Shown here: positions 29,411 to 37,843 of the stretch, one piece after another
Layout: each line of letters opens with the position of its first letter
How positions within the stretch are numbered: position 1 is the stretch's first letter
DNA from: an uncultured Leptospirales bacterium
Lineage (GTDB): Bacteria; Spirochaetota; UBA4802; UBA5550
NCBI GenBank assembly: GCA_964423905.1
Contig: CAYRGX010000012.1
Span: forward strand, 6,994-70,993
Length of the DNA stretch: 64,000 bases
Reading direction: 5' to 3'
Position numbers and translations under genes: made by a program
The notes under the pieces: generated by a model
Told to the model about the DNA's origin: nothing
Databases searched by the model: none
What the model saw: only the letters and a program-made list of their open reading frames with translations

Positions 29411-29722
29411 TCACTTTTGAAAGGATATCGATACGTCCTTAATCAGCGATGTTCCCACTTCGACCTCTATGGCTTTAATTAGCCCGGATGGCACGGGACA
29501 TCCGGGATGCCTGATGCAGGCAAATGACGCGGCAAATACGGGATTCGACGGTACGTTCCTCAGGCATTCCATGTACGCGATATTCGATAGTGATTTTACA
29601 AATGCTTCGACCATTTCACACCGGGTGTCAACGATAACGGATATTAATCCCTTTTCCTCTCGTGCTACGGTTATGTCTATGATGAATCCGCACGCCCCGG
29701 CATGTATCTCTAATGAAGTCAT
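29411..29722 (-). CDS. DUF6951-like small Cys/His protein
   Basis: IHAGACGF, TRCEMV and HPGCPVPSGLIKAIEVE motifs. Confidence 0.7.
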   Translation of the reverse strand: MTSLEIHAGACGFIIDITVAREEKGLISVIVDTRCEMVEAFVKSLSNIAYMECLRNVPSNPVFAASFACIRHPGCPVPSGLIKAIEVEVGTSLIKDVSISFQK

Positions 29723-29755
29723 AGCTCTTTACATTTCATGTGGGGATAATCTGTT

Positions 29756-30832
29756 TCAATACCATCCAAAAGCGTCTATGGCCTTTCGCATCGTATAAAT
29801 ATTGTACGGCGGCGTCGCTGGAGCGATCTCGCAACCCGAGGATAGCATAAATCCCCGAGGTGCCGTTCTCCCGACCGAGATGGCTTCCCTGCACATTGTG
29901 TAGACTTCGTCGGAACCCTTCTCGAGTATTTCGGACGGATCGATGTTTCCCACGATAACGGCCTTGTCGCCAAGGTATTTGATAGCGTCGCGGAGGTCTA
30001 TCTGAGCCCCGAAACTGCACAATCCCGTTTCGCCCATGGGGACTTTCGACCACAGAGGGAGGTTTCCGTTTTGCTCCCCGCAAATATGGAAAAGGATATG
30101 TCGGATCCCCATCTTCAGGAAGCTCTCGGCGGTTTCTTGGAGATAGGGGAGCACGAATTTCTCGAAAAGCTGCGGAGAAATAATGTCGTTCGAAGCGGTG
30201 GGCTCCCAAAGCTGGGGAATGATATTTTCCGGTCCGAACGTTTCTATCCAATGGCGAACAACGCCGATGATGTGGTCGGTCGCCAGCCTCATTATCCGGT
30301 GCGTGAGATCGGGTTTGCGTATCATCCATCGGAGCAACGTTTCAATGGGGCAGATGTTCCCGGCTATGGTGAAATTACCTCCCATAATAACGGATATAGG
30401 GCAGTCGTGTTTTTTTTGCAGTTTAGAGAATTCCATGGCGATGGGAAGGCATCCGGCCGTTCTAACATCGGGAAGGATGAGCCGGTTAACGTCGTCTTCA
30501 CTTTTAACGGGAATCATTTTATGCACCGGGGCTTGCTGGTACCCACCTGAAGGAAACTCGATAATTCCGCCGAATTCCCATGTTCCGTACGACGCGTACC
30601 CGTAGGATGGTCCCCAGTCTAATCTGTATTGTTCGAAGGTTTTTATCTGGGCGAAAAAACTTTTTTCCGCGTCGTTGTAAATCGAAGCGAGTGGATAGCC
30701 AACGTTTTTAGCACAAAACCCCAGCATGAAAGGATAAAAAGGGATCCGGTCAATATGCTTTCCCTGCAGTAGTCGGTCGATCCTCTCCCTGTTGGTCAGT
30801 GCATCTTTTTTTAGCTGAAAAACCATGCTCAC
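29756..30832 (-). CDS. URO-D-fold (MtaA/MtsA/CmuA-like) cobamide-dependent methyltransferase
   Basis: DRIPFYPF, WEPTASNDIISP, Zn motif FHICG and SSGCEI. Confidence 0.85.
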   Translation of the reverse strand: MSMVFQLKKDALTNRERIDRLLQGKHIDRIPFYPFMLGFCAKNVGYPLASIYNDAEKSFFAQIKTFEQYRLDWGPSYGYASYGTWEFGGIIEFPSGGYQQAPVHKMIPVKSEDDVNRLILPDVRTAGCLPIAMEFSKLQKKHDCPISVIMGGNFTIAGNICPIETLLRWMIRKPDLTHRIMRLATDHIIGVVRHWIETFGPENIIPQLWEPTASNDIISPQLFEKFVLPYLQETAESFLKMGIRHILFHICGEQNGNLPLWSKVPMGETGLCSFGAQIDLRDAIKYLGDKAVIVGNIDPSEILEKGSDEVYTMCREAISVGRTAPRGFMLSSGCEIAPATPPYNIYTMRKAIDAFGWY

Positions 30833-31491
30833 GCTATAGCCTCGGCCTTGATCAGCTCGGTCGCTTTTTTTACTGCCGAGACAGCATCACCCGCGTAGCC
30901 ATCGGCGCCGTACTGCTTTGCTATATCCGCCGTAATTGGCGCGCCGCCGATCATTATTTTTACGTTGGGATCTGCGTCTCTCAACATCTGGATAGCCTTG
31001 GGCATTGCCAGCATGCTGCTAGTCATAAGTGCCGAAAGCGCAACGATGTCCGCTTTTTCTTTAATCTGTCCTTCGATAATGACATTGAGCTTAACATCTT
31101 TACCCATGTCGATAACGTTCCACCCGGCCGCGACAAACATTGCTTTCACCAGGTTCTTCCCTATGTCGTGAATGTCCCCTTCGATGACACCCATCAGCAC
31201 TTTACCGCTAACTTTCACTTCATCGAGCTTAATGTGCGGTTTCAGAATATCGAGCCCGGCATAGAGCGCGTCCGAGCTAAGCAGGAGTTCCGGAACGAAG
31301 TATTCTTTTTTTGCGTAGAGATCGGCGACCACCTCCATCCCGCCGGCAAGTCCCTGAACCACCGCGTCATTGGCGTTTACCCCCTCCTCAACCACTTTGT
31401 CGCACCATTCAATGCACCTGTCACTGTCGAGCTCGATGACCGCTGTTTTGATGCTTTCAATAATTTCTCTCGTTCGTGTTTGCGCCGCCAT
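30829..31491 (-). CDS. Corrinoid (B12-binding) methyl-carrier protein
   Basis: EYFVPELL cap domain, GDIHDIGKN (DxHxxG), SALMT and IGGAP motifs. Confidence 0.93.
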   Translation of the reverse strand: MAAQTRTREIIESIKTAVIELDSDRCIEWCDKVVEEGVNANDAVVQGLAGGMEVVADLYAKKEYFVPELLLSSDALYAGLDILKPHIKLDEVKVSGKVLMGVIEGDIHDIGKNLVKAMFVAAGWNVIDMGKDVKLNVIIEGQIKEKADIVALSALMTSSMLAMPKAIQMLRDADPNVKIMIGGAPITADIAKQYGADGYAGDAVSAVKKATELIKAEAIA

Positions 31492-31531
31492 ATCATTCCT
31501 CCGTTTGAATTTACATCATCAACTGATATCA

Positions 31532-32587
31532 TTACTGATATGTCCCGTGTTCCCTGACCGCCGTCATCATTGCGTCGATGTTTTCTTTTGGTGTGAGAAC
31601 AGGCATGCCGCAGGCGGGCATGAGTATGAAACCGCCTGGGAGATCCTTCCCCTCATTGATGCATCTTTTTGTCTCGTTATACGCGTCACGGGCGGCACCC
31701 CCCGCAAGGATTGATGTGGACATGTTTCCCGCAATGACATGCCTGTGCCCGAACGCCTCGGCGACCTTGGTGATGCTCATTTTTTCCGAAATGCTTATGA
31801 TTGCCCGGGGCGGCATGGGAAGATCTTTTAAAATGTCGAGGTTCCCGTTATGGTCGCCGCATACGTGATACAGGTGCTGCATTATTCCCTTGTCAATCAT
31901 GAGCTTGTTCAACCTTGCCAGTGAGGGGAAGACAATTTTTTCAAACATGCGGGGACTGATGAGTTCGTTGGAATCCAGGGGGTTCGCCCAGAAGGCGCTC
32001 ACGTTCTCAAGCCCGAAATCCTCGATCATGGCATCGGCTGTGTTGACAAGAAAATCATGAACTTTATCGTACACGATTTTGACCGCTTCCGGTTCCTTGA
32101 TGAACCACCGCATCAGGCGCTCTTTCCCGATTATGGAACCAACCAGCGTGGTGGACGATCCCGAGGTGAACCCGGCTGGCATGCCCATTTCGCACTTCAA
32201 TTTATTGAACGCAAACATAATCGGATGACAGCCAGCAGTCCTCGCGTTGGGAACCTTCAGTTTGTCTACGTCGGATGGTTTGTCGATGGGCGTTGCAATG
32301 GTTCTCGGCGCGTTGTAGTTGTATCCTTCGGGAAATTGGATTTTACCGCCAAATTCCCATCCGCCGTAATCTGCATAACCGTAACTTGGAGCGTCGTCAT
32401 AACCGTGAACACCGATTCCGTGAAGCTGTGCCTTCATGCATGCCAGTGGATCGTTGTAATAGTCGGCGAGGCTTATTCCCGCTAACTTTGCGTTATATCC
32501 ACCTGAAAACGCGATTATGGGGATCCTATCCGGTTTTTTCCCCATCATTACCGCTGTCATACGTTCTGGAGTGGTCATTGTTTCCAT
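31532..32587 (-). CDS. Second URO-D-fold cobamide-dependent methyltransferase
   Basis: PDRIP, ANPLDSNELISP, Zn motif YHVCG and MPACG; clearly paralogous to 29756-30832. Confidence 0.85.
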   Translation of the reverse strand: METMTTPERMTAVMMGKKPDRIPIIAFSGGYNAKLAGISLADYYNDPLACMKAQLHGIGVHGYDDAPSYGYADYGGWEFGGKIQFPEGYNYNAPRTIATPIDKPSDVDKLKVPNARTAGCHPIMFAFNKLKCEMGMPAGFTSGSSTTLVGSIIGKERLMRWFIKEPEAVKIVYDKVHDFLVNTADAMIEDFGLENVSAFWANPLDSNELISPRMFEKIVFPSLARLNKLMIDKGIMQHLYHVCGDHNGNLDILKDLPMPPRAIISISEKMSITKVAEAFGHRHVIAGNMSTSILAGGAARDAYNETKRCINEGKDLPGGFILMPACGMPVLTPKENIDAMMTAVREHGTYQ

Positions 32588-32656
32588 ATTCGAGGTTCCT
32601 TATATTTGTTAATGGGAAGATATAATCATTAATCGGAAATTGCGTGATCATGTCAA

Positions 32657-32706
32657 TATTAATAAAATTAATACATGATATTAAAATTATTGATAATAAA
32701 TTATCA
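32657..32706. promoter_or_regulatory. Two AT-rich palindromes upstream of the methyltransferase operon (candidate operators)
   Basis: TATTAAT-AAA-ATTAATA (32657-32673) and TGATAAT-AA-ATTATCA (32691-32706). Confidence 0.35.
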
Positions 32707-33020
32707 CGATGAAGTTGCTTATTGTAAAATGGTCAACAGGTATAAATCCGAGTGTCTACATCAGAAGGGAGAGATGAGTCCGAATTAAAATCATTCAGAA
32801 TTATCGTGGCAAGTGGCTTAATAATCGTAGTCACACTACAATAGTTATGAGAACCACAGATATATGACATTTTTAGGCTCACGAACAATGACTTAAAAAC
32901 CATACTCCTCGGCAGCGGGGCATTACTGCAAATATGGCATATAATGCGGTATGAGTATTAAATTATTTTCGAAAAGAAGGTCTTGGCGATGGAGTGCACC
33001 GCAATGCTTACAGGGGACTA

Positions 33021-33917
33021 TTATAAATATTGATTTTCCATTTCCTTTATGAAAAGATCGACTGCTTTTGTCTGCTTTTGTTTGGAACGGTGAACAAGAA
33101 AAAAATCCCTTTTAATGGCTGGTCCCTGGATTATGATTTTTTTTAGTAACCCGAGCTTGATCTCCCGATCAACGGCGAGATTAGAAATAAACCCAAACCC
33201 AATGCCAGCGATAACCGATTCTTTGAGGCTTTCGGTTGATGAGCATTCTAAAACAAGGTTAAGCTCGGAAAAGCGTATATTCAAGGTTGATAGATATTGC
33301 TCTATTGCGTTTCTCGTTCCAGATCCTTTTTCACGTACGATAAGAGGGGCTTTGCGGAGTCCATAAAGTTTCATAGTATCAGACGAAGAGGCCGGTCCTA
33401 TAAGAATTATGGAATCGGAAGCGATTTTTTTATATGAAAGCGACCGATGCCTGATCTGATAGCCGAGAACCCCGACCTGACAGGTGCCATCCTTCAATCG
33501 TTCCGCAGTTTCTTTACTGTCGCCTGTGATAACCGTATATCGGAAGCCAGGGTAAGCCTTTTCAAGTGCCGCTATTACACGCGGTACCAGATACGCGGCA
33601 GGTATGGTGCTTGCCGCGATGCTCGCGCTTCCCCTGTAAGAGTCCTGTGTAATCGCCGAAAGCATTTCTTCGGTGGAAGAGAATATCGCATGGCAATAGT
33701 CCTTGAAAATCATCCCTTCCCGGGTAAGAGAAAACTCCTTGCTTGACCGCAGTATGAGTGACACGCCCAGTGTTTTTTCCAGGATGGCAATCTGGTGGCT
33801 TATCGTTGATTGACCGGTCCTGAGCGCACGCGAGGCCCGAGTGAAGCTTCCTTCTCGGCACACCTCGTGAAAGGCCCATAGCTGCTTCAAGTCAAAATTA
33901 ATATTTTTGTATTTCAT
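33021..33917 (-). CDS. LysR-family regulator (resembles the selenium-metabolism-associated subgroup)
   Basis: N-terminal HTH (SFTRASRALRTGQSTISHQIAILE), STIPAAY, REKGSGTR; divergent from yedE. Confidence 0.88.
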   Translation of the reverse strand: MKYKNINFDLKQLWAFHEVCREGSFTRASRALRTGQSTISHQIAILEKTLGVSLILRSSKEFSLTREGMIFKDYCHAIFSSTEEMLSAITQDSYRGSASIAASTIPAAYLVPRVIAALEKAYPGFRYTVITGDSKETAERLKDGTCQVGVLGYQIRHRSLSYKKIASDSIILIGPASSSDTMKLYGLRKAPLIVREKGSGTRNAIEQYLSTLNIRFSELNLVLECSSTESLKESVIAGIGFGFISNLAVDREIKLGLLKKIIIQGPAIKRDFFLVHRSKQKQTKAVDLFIKEMENQYL

Positions 33918-34083
33918 TGGTATCCCTACTATCAGCGGATGCCGTACATATCAAGCGTAAAAAAGTATATGTTCTCTTGTTGTTTATTCCCAACAAAAAC
34001 AACTTGTATTTTATCGATCAATTTTATTAATGTTAATTATCCTACAATTTCATGAATTGAATATGTTTTTACGGAGGATATTC

Positions 34084-35163
34084 GTGAAAAATATTTTTGC
34101 ATCAAAAATTGGTATTATACTCGTGGGTGTGATCATTGGGATCATTGCTCCTCTGTTGCAGTACCTTGGAAATCCCGGGAACATGGGGATTTGCGTGGCC
34201 TGCTTTGAGCGGGATATTGCCGGAGCCCTTGGTCTTCACCGAGCCGATTTGGTCCAGTATATTCGACCTGAGATTATCGGTTTTGTGATTGGTTCGTTCG
34301 TCATTTCAATAATTGCGAAGGAATTCAGACCGAGGGGGGGGTCTTCGGTGCTGATCCGCTTTTTTCTGGGCATTTTCGCCATGATCGGAGCCCTTGTGTT
34401 CCTCGGCTGTCCCTGGCGGACGCTGCTACGTCTTGCCGGGGGTGACGGGAATGCGGTAATCGGTCTTCTTGGGCTTGTTTCAGGAATAGGCTTCGGTGTG
34501 TTGTTCCTGAAAAACGGCTTCAATCTGGGGCGGTCATATCCCTCAAAAATGGCATCCGGGTGGCTTATGCCTGCATGTATGCTGGCACTGTTACTGTTGC
34601 TCGTGTTCCAATTTTCAGCGCAGGAAGGCGGTCCGCTCTTTTTCAGTGAAAAAGGTCCTGGGTCAATGCACGCCAATATCTGGATAAGCCTGGGCGCCGG
34701 GTTGTTGATCGGTGGCCTGGCACAACGGAGCAGGTTTTGCACCATGGGTTCTTTACGCGATGTCATACTTGCCCGTGATTTTCATCTTGTTAGCGGGGTC
34801 GGGGCGTTTGTAGTTTCTGCCCTTGTCATGAATCTAATATTAGGGCAGTTTAAACCCGGCTTCGTGGAGCAGCCGGTGGCGCATACAATGCATATATGGA
34901 ATTTTACGGGCATGCTGCTTTCCGGTCTGGCGTTCACCCTTGCAGGGGGATGTCCGGGGCGACAGCTGATCCTTTCCGGAGAGGGTGATTCCGATGCCGG
35001 CATATTCGTTCTCGGCATGATAACAGGGGCCGCGCTTGCCCACAATTTTGCGCTTGCCAGTTCGCCGAAAGGGGTGGGCGCGTACGGGCCTGTTGCGGTC
35101 GTAATCGGTATACTGTTCTGCCTGATTGTCGGTTTTACGATGAGGGAGAAAATATCTATCTGA
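34084..35163 (+). CDS. yedE: YedE-family S/Se transporter (selenium-associated subfamily)
   Basis: GNPGNMGICVACFERDIAGALGLH, LGCPWR, RSRFCTMG and GGCPGRQ motifs; multi-TM; GTG start. Confidence 0.88.
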   Translation: MKNIFASKIGIILVGVIIGIIAPLLQYLGNPGNMGICVACFERDIAGALGLHRADLVQYIRPEIIGFVIGSFVISIIAKEFRPRGGSSVLIRFFLGIFAMIGALVFLGCPWRTLLRLAGGDGNAVIGLLGLVSGIGFGVLFLKNGFNLGRSYPSKMASGWLMPACMLALLLLLVFQFSAQEGGPLFFSEKGPGSMHANIWISLGAGLLIGGLAQRSRFCTMGSLRDVILARDFHLVSGVGAFVVSALVMNLILGQFKPGFVEQPVAHTMHIWNFTGMLLSGLAFTLAGGCPGRQLILSGEGDSDAGIFVLGMITGAALAHNFALASSPKGVGAYGPVAVVIGILFCLIVGFTMREKISI

Positions 35164-35203
35164 AATGTTATCAACGCTACAAAACCATTTAATGGAGGAA
35201 ACC

Positions 35204-35413
35204 ATGTCTGATACTATAGATGCACGCGGTCTTTCATGTCCCCAGCCGGTGATCCTGACACAAAAAGCGATCAGCATTGGAAAAGAGCGATTTTCGGTTC
35301 TGGTGAACAGCGTTGTATCAATGGAGAACGTTACCCGGTGTGTCGAGAACAGCAACATGAAGTGCTCGGTCACAACAGAAGGTGATGATTTTATCATCGA
35401 AATTTCGAAGTGA
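35204..35413 (+). CDS. SirA/TusA/YedF-like sulfur (selenium) carrier
   Basis: IDARGLSCPQPV motif; GGAGG RBS before MSDTID. Confidence 0.88.
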   Translation: MSDTIDARGLSCPQPVILTQKAISIGKERFSVLVNSVVSMENVTRCVENSNMKCSVTTEGDDFIIEISK

Positions 35414-35463
35414 TATGCCCTTCGGTTAACTCAATAAAGGAAACCACAGAAGCGGTTGATGTC

Positions 35464-35685
35464 ATGGAAGAATATGCCGTTGTTCTTTTCCATTCGACAA
35501 ATTACGCGCTATGGTGCTCGCGCGTTATGAAAGACGCCGGGCTGTATCATAAAATACGTCCCATCCCCCGGCACCTGAGTTCGGATTGCGGCTTCTGCGT
35601 GCAGATACGTTCTGCTGATCAAAAGAGTGTTGAAGACAAAATGTCGGACAATGGTATCGAATATGATCGTGTTGAACGGATATGA
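35464..35685 (+). CDS. DUF3343 small protein
   Basis: FHSTNYAL, PIPRHLSSDCG motifs. Confidence 0.8.
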   Translation: MEEYAVVLFHSTNYALWCSRVMKDAGLYHKIRPIPRHLSSDCGFCVQIRSADQKSVEDKMSDNGIEYDRVERI

Positions 35686-35730
35686 TTGGTGCGGGTTTTA
35701 CGGCGGGAATCTCGCAGTCTCTTTTATCGT

Positions 35731-35912
35731 TGATCGACTACGCCACTTCCATCACCCAGCGCGGAAAGATCGAGGTGTACGCCCGCGACGCCAAGACCAT
35801 GCCCGCGGGCTGGGTGATCGACGAGAGCGGCGAGACCTTCACCGACCCGTCGCGCGCGCTCAAGGCACTGGTAAAAGGCACCGCGGCTCTCTCGCCGCTC
35901 GGCGGCATCGGC
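35731..35912 (+). repeat. 182-bp direct repeat, copy 2: internal fragment of the Ldh_2 gene
   Basis: GC-rich patch in AT-rich context; 5 differences from copy 1, all at third codon positions. Confidence 0.95.
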
Positions 35913-36094
35913 ACAAAAAAGATGTCCTCTACATCGAGCCGAAATCGGTTCTCGTGTTTTATTTCTCCAAGGATTACGACAGCAATTTTAAATGATATCG
36001 TCAATGCATCAAGGCGTTCGTCTGTCTATAATTCCGTCAGAACTGCAGCGTCTGTTTACTAATGACTTGTAACCCGTTTGCGATACCCGGAAGG

Positions 36095-36820
36095 TCATTT
36101 TTCCGTCGCGCCGGCTTTTTCGAGCAACTCCTTCACCTTCCGGTTATCTCCAATTATTGCAATAGTCAATACTTTCGTTCCTGCGGGGAATTCCACTGAC
36201 TTGTTGCTCCCGGGGATCGGCACGACCACCACTTTTTTCAATTTCGCGTTCACATTAGCCTTGTAACCGATGAGCAGCTTGGTCATCGACGGATTGCCGC
36301 GCATGACCGCATAGGCGATGGGCGTCAGTCCGTCTTTCCTGGCCGCATTCACATTGGCTCCTTTTTCCAGCAGGAACCTGGCGATGTCAACCCTCCCGAA
36401 ATCGGCGGCGACTATCAGGGGCGTCGCGCCATTGAGATTGGGTCTATTAATGTCCGCGCCTTTTTCCGCAAGGAGTTTAATCATCTCAAGGGTCCCTTTG
36501 TCCAGGTATGCAAGGAGGGCCGTAGTTCCCCCTTTTTTTTCGGCGTCATTCACTTTAGCTCCATTTTCCAGGAGGATTTTCAAGGTATCCATGTTCGGCT
36601 TGTTGGAAGACAGCATGAGGGCGGTAATTCCGTTTTTGTCCTTGAAATTGACATTGGCCCCGTCTTTGAGGGCTTTTTTCACGCCCGATGCATTTCCCTT
36701 TGTAGCGGCATTGAACAGATCGCTATTTGGGTCCGCGAAAGCTATGCCGGTACCGAAGATCAGTACCACAGCGATACTGCATGTCATGGTGATTAATCGC
36801 TTCATGAACGAAACCTCCAT
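36095..36820 (-). CDS. Secreted ankyrin-repeat protein
   Basis: Signal peptide plus repeats GITALM, GATPLIVAA and GLTPIAYA, each with LLEKGA(N/D)(V/I)N. Confidence 0.9.
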   Translation of the reverse strand: MEVSFMKRLITMTCSIAVVLIFGTGIAFADPNSDLFNAATKGNASGVKKALKDGANVNFKDKNGITALMLSSNKPNMDTLKILLENGAKVNDAEKKGGTTALLAYLDKGTLEMIKLLAEKGADINRPNLNGATPLIVAADFGRVDIARFLLEKGANVNAARKDGLTPIAYAVMRGNPSMTKLLIGYKANVNAKLKKVVVVPIPGSNKSVEFPAGTKVLTIAIIGDNRKVKELLEKAGATEK

Positions 36821-37711
36821 TCATTGAGTGTCGATAAGGCTGTTGCAAGTCGTGAATTTCCAATTGATAGAGACCACAAAAGGCACTTCCACACTAAAAC
36901 ATACTGGTTGCAGCAGTTCAACGATTTATTTATCATCCCAATAAAAATATTCCGCGGCATTGAGCGATAATGGTATGGGGGCTGGTGAGCCTGGCCCTCG
37001 CGCGTTCTCAGGCCTGCCAGCAGCCACGCGAAGCGTGAAACCGATTTTCTCATCTCCATCGGGCCAGCGGCGGAACAGTCTTGACGAACCACGGCAGGGC
37101 ACCAACAGCGATCGCGTTCTCCGGTATACCGGGATCGTACACAATGTTGACCGTCTCCCCCTTTTCCAACAGGCCCTCGGGCATGCCGACATTGCCTTCA
37201 TGGTCCGATATCTCTGTACGAGAATATTGATAACAGTGCCATTTGCGGACGCAATTACTTTCAGGGGTTTATTCATGGCCGCAGGACGCTGCGCGCAGTC
37301 GTGGCCAGATCAGCACTGTGCGCGGCTCCTCCGCTCTCAATAAAATTTCTTGTCTTTGTGAAGAATGTCCGCTGAAATCACAGCGCTTGTTGCAGAAAGA
37401 ATAATTCTTATTGTGGTTCACTGCTTCATCGCAATCTTCTTGTAATACTTACAATTGACGGTTTTTACAAAAATAATTCCCTGTACACGTCGTGCTGTTA
37501 GATTTATTGCCGAATGGATAATGCTTGATTCAGTAATGCGTATGTTTAGACTGCTCCTCTGACTTGACAAGCCATCCATAAGACATTATATATTGTAATA
37601 AAAAGAGAATATGTCATGAATATAGAACAGAACAATAAAGGTACCCGGAACTGGGCTACAAAGCGAAAAGATGCATTCGTGTTAAGCATTTTCAGTTTAT
37701 TCCGGGATCCA

Positions 37712-37843
37712 ATGCGTAACATCAATGAATGGATACTTTGGCATAACAGTGAACACCCGCATCAGGCTTTGAAATATTTGAGCCCAAGGGAGTATCATGT
37801 AAAGCAATCTTGTCAGGTGGCTTAACAGACGTGGAACAATACA
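37712..37843 (+). mobile_element. IS3-family-like remnant: transposase C-terminus and right end
   Basis: INEWILWHNSEHPHQALKYLSPREY (integrase-core tail), then the stop codon and GTGGCTTAACAGACGTGGAACAATACA ending in CA. Confidence 0.6.

Noticed and set aside
29756-32587. Annotation as uroporphyrinogen decarboxylase (hemE)
   Set aside because: There is no RQAGR motif; the HxC...C Zn motif and the corrinoid/activator context indicate methyltransferases.
32691-32706. Canonical Fur box
   Set aside because: Spacing is 7-2-7 rather than 7-1-7, so it is kept only as a generic palindrome.
32588-33020. Cobalamin or Moco riboswitch upstream of the corrinoid operon
   Set aside because: No B12-box or conserved riboswitch core was recognised by eye; an Infernal scan would be decisive.
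35411-35413. Selenocysteine read-through at the UGA stop of the SirA-like gene (and at 44573-44575)
   Set aside because: Both proteins are already full length at the UGA, the extensions are not homologous, and no SECIS-like hairpin was evident.
35682-36062. 126-aa ORF containing Ldh_2 sequence
   Set aside because: It is a chimera of the 182-bp repeat and unrelated flanks, not a real gene.
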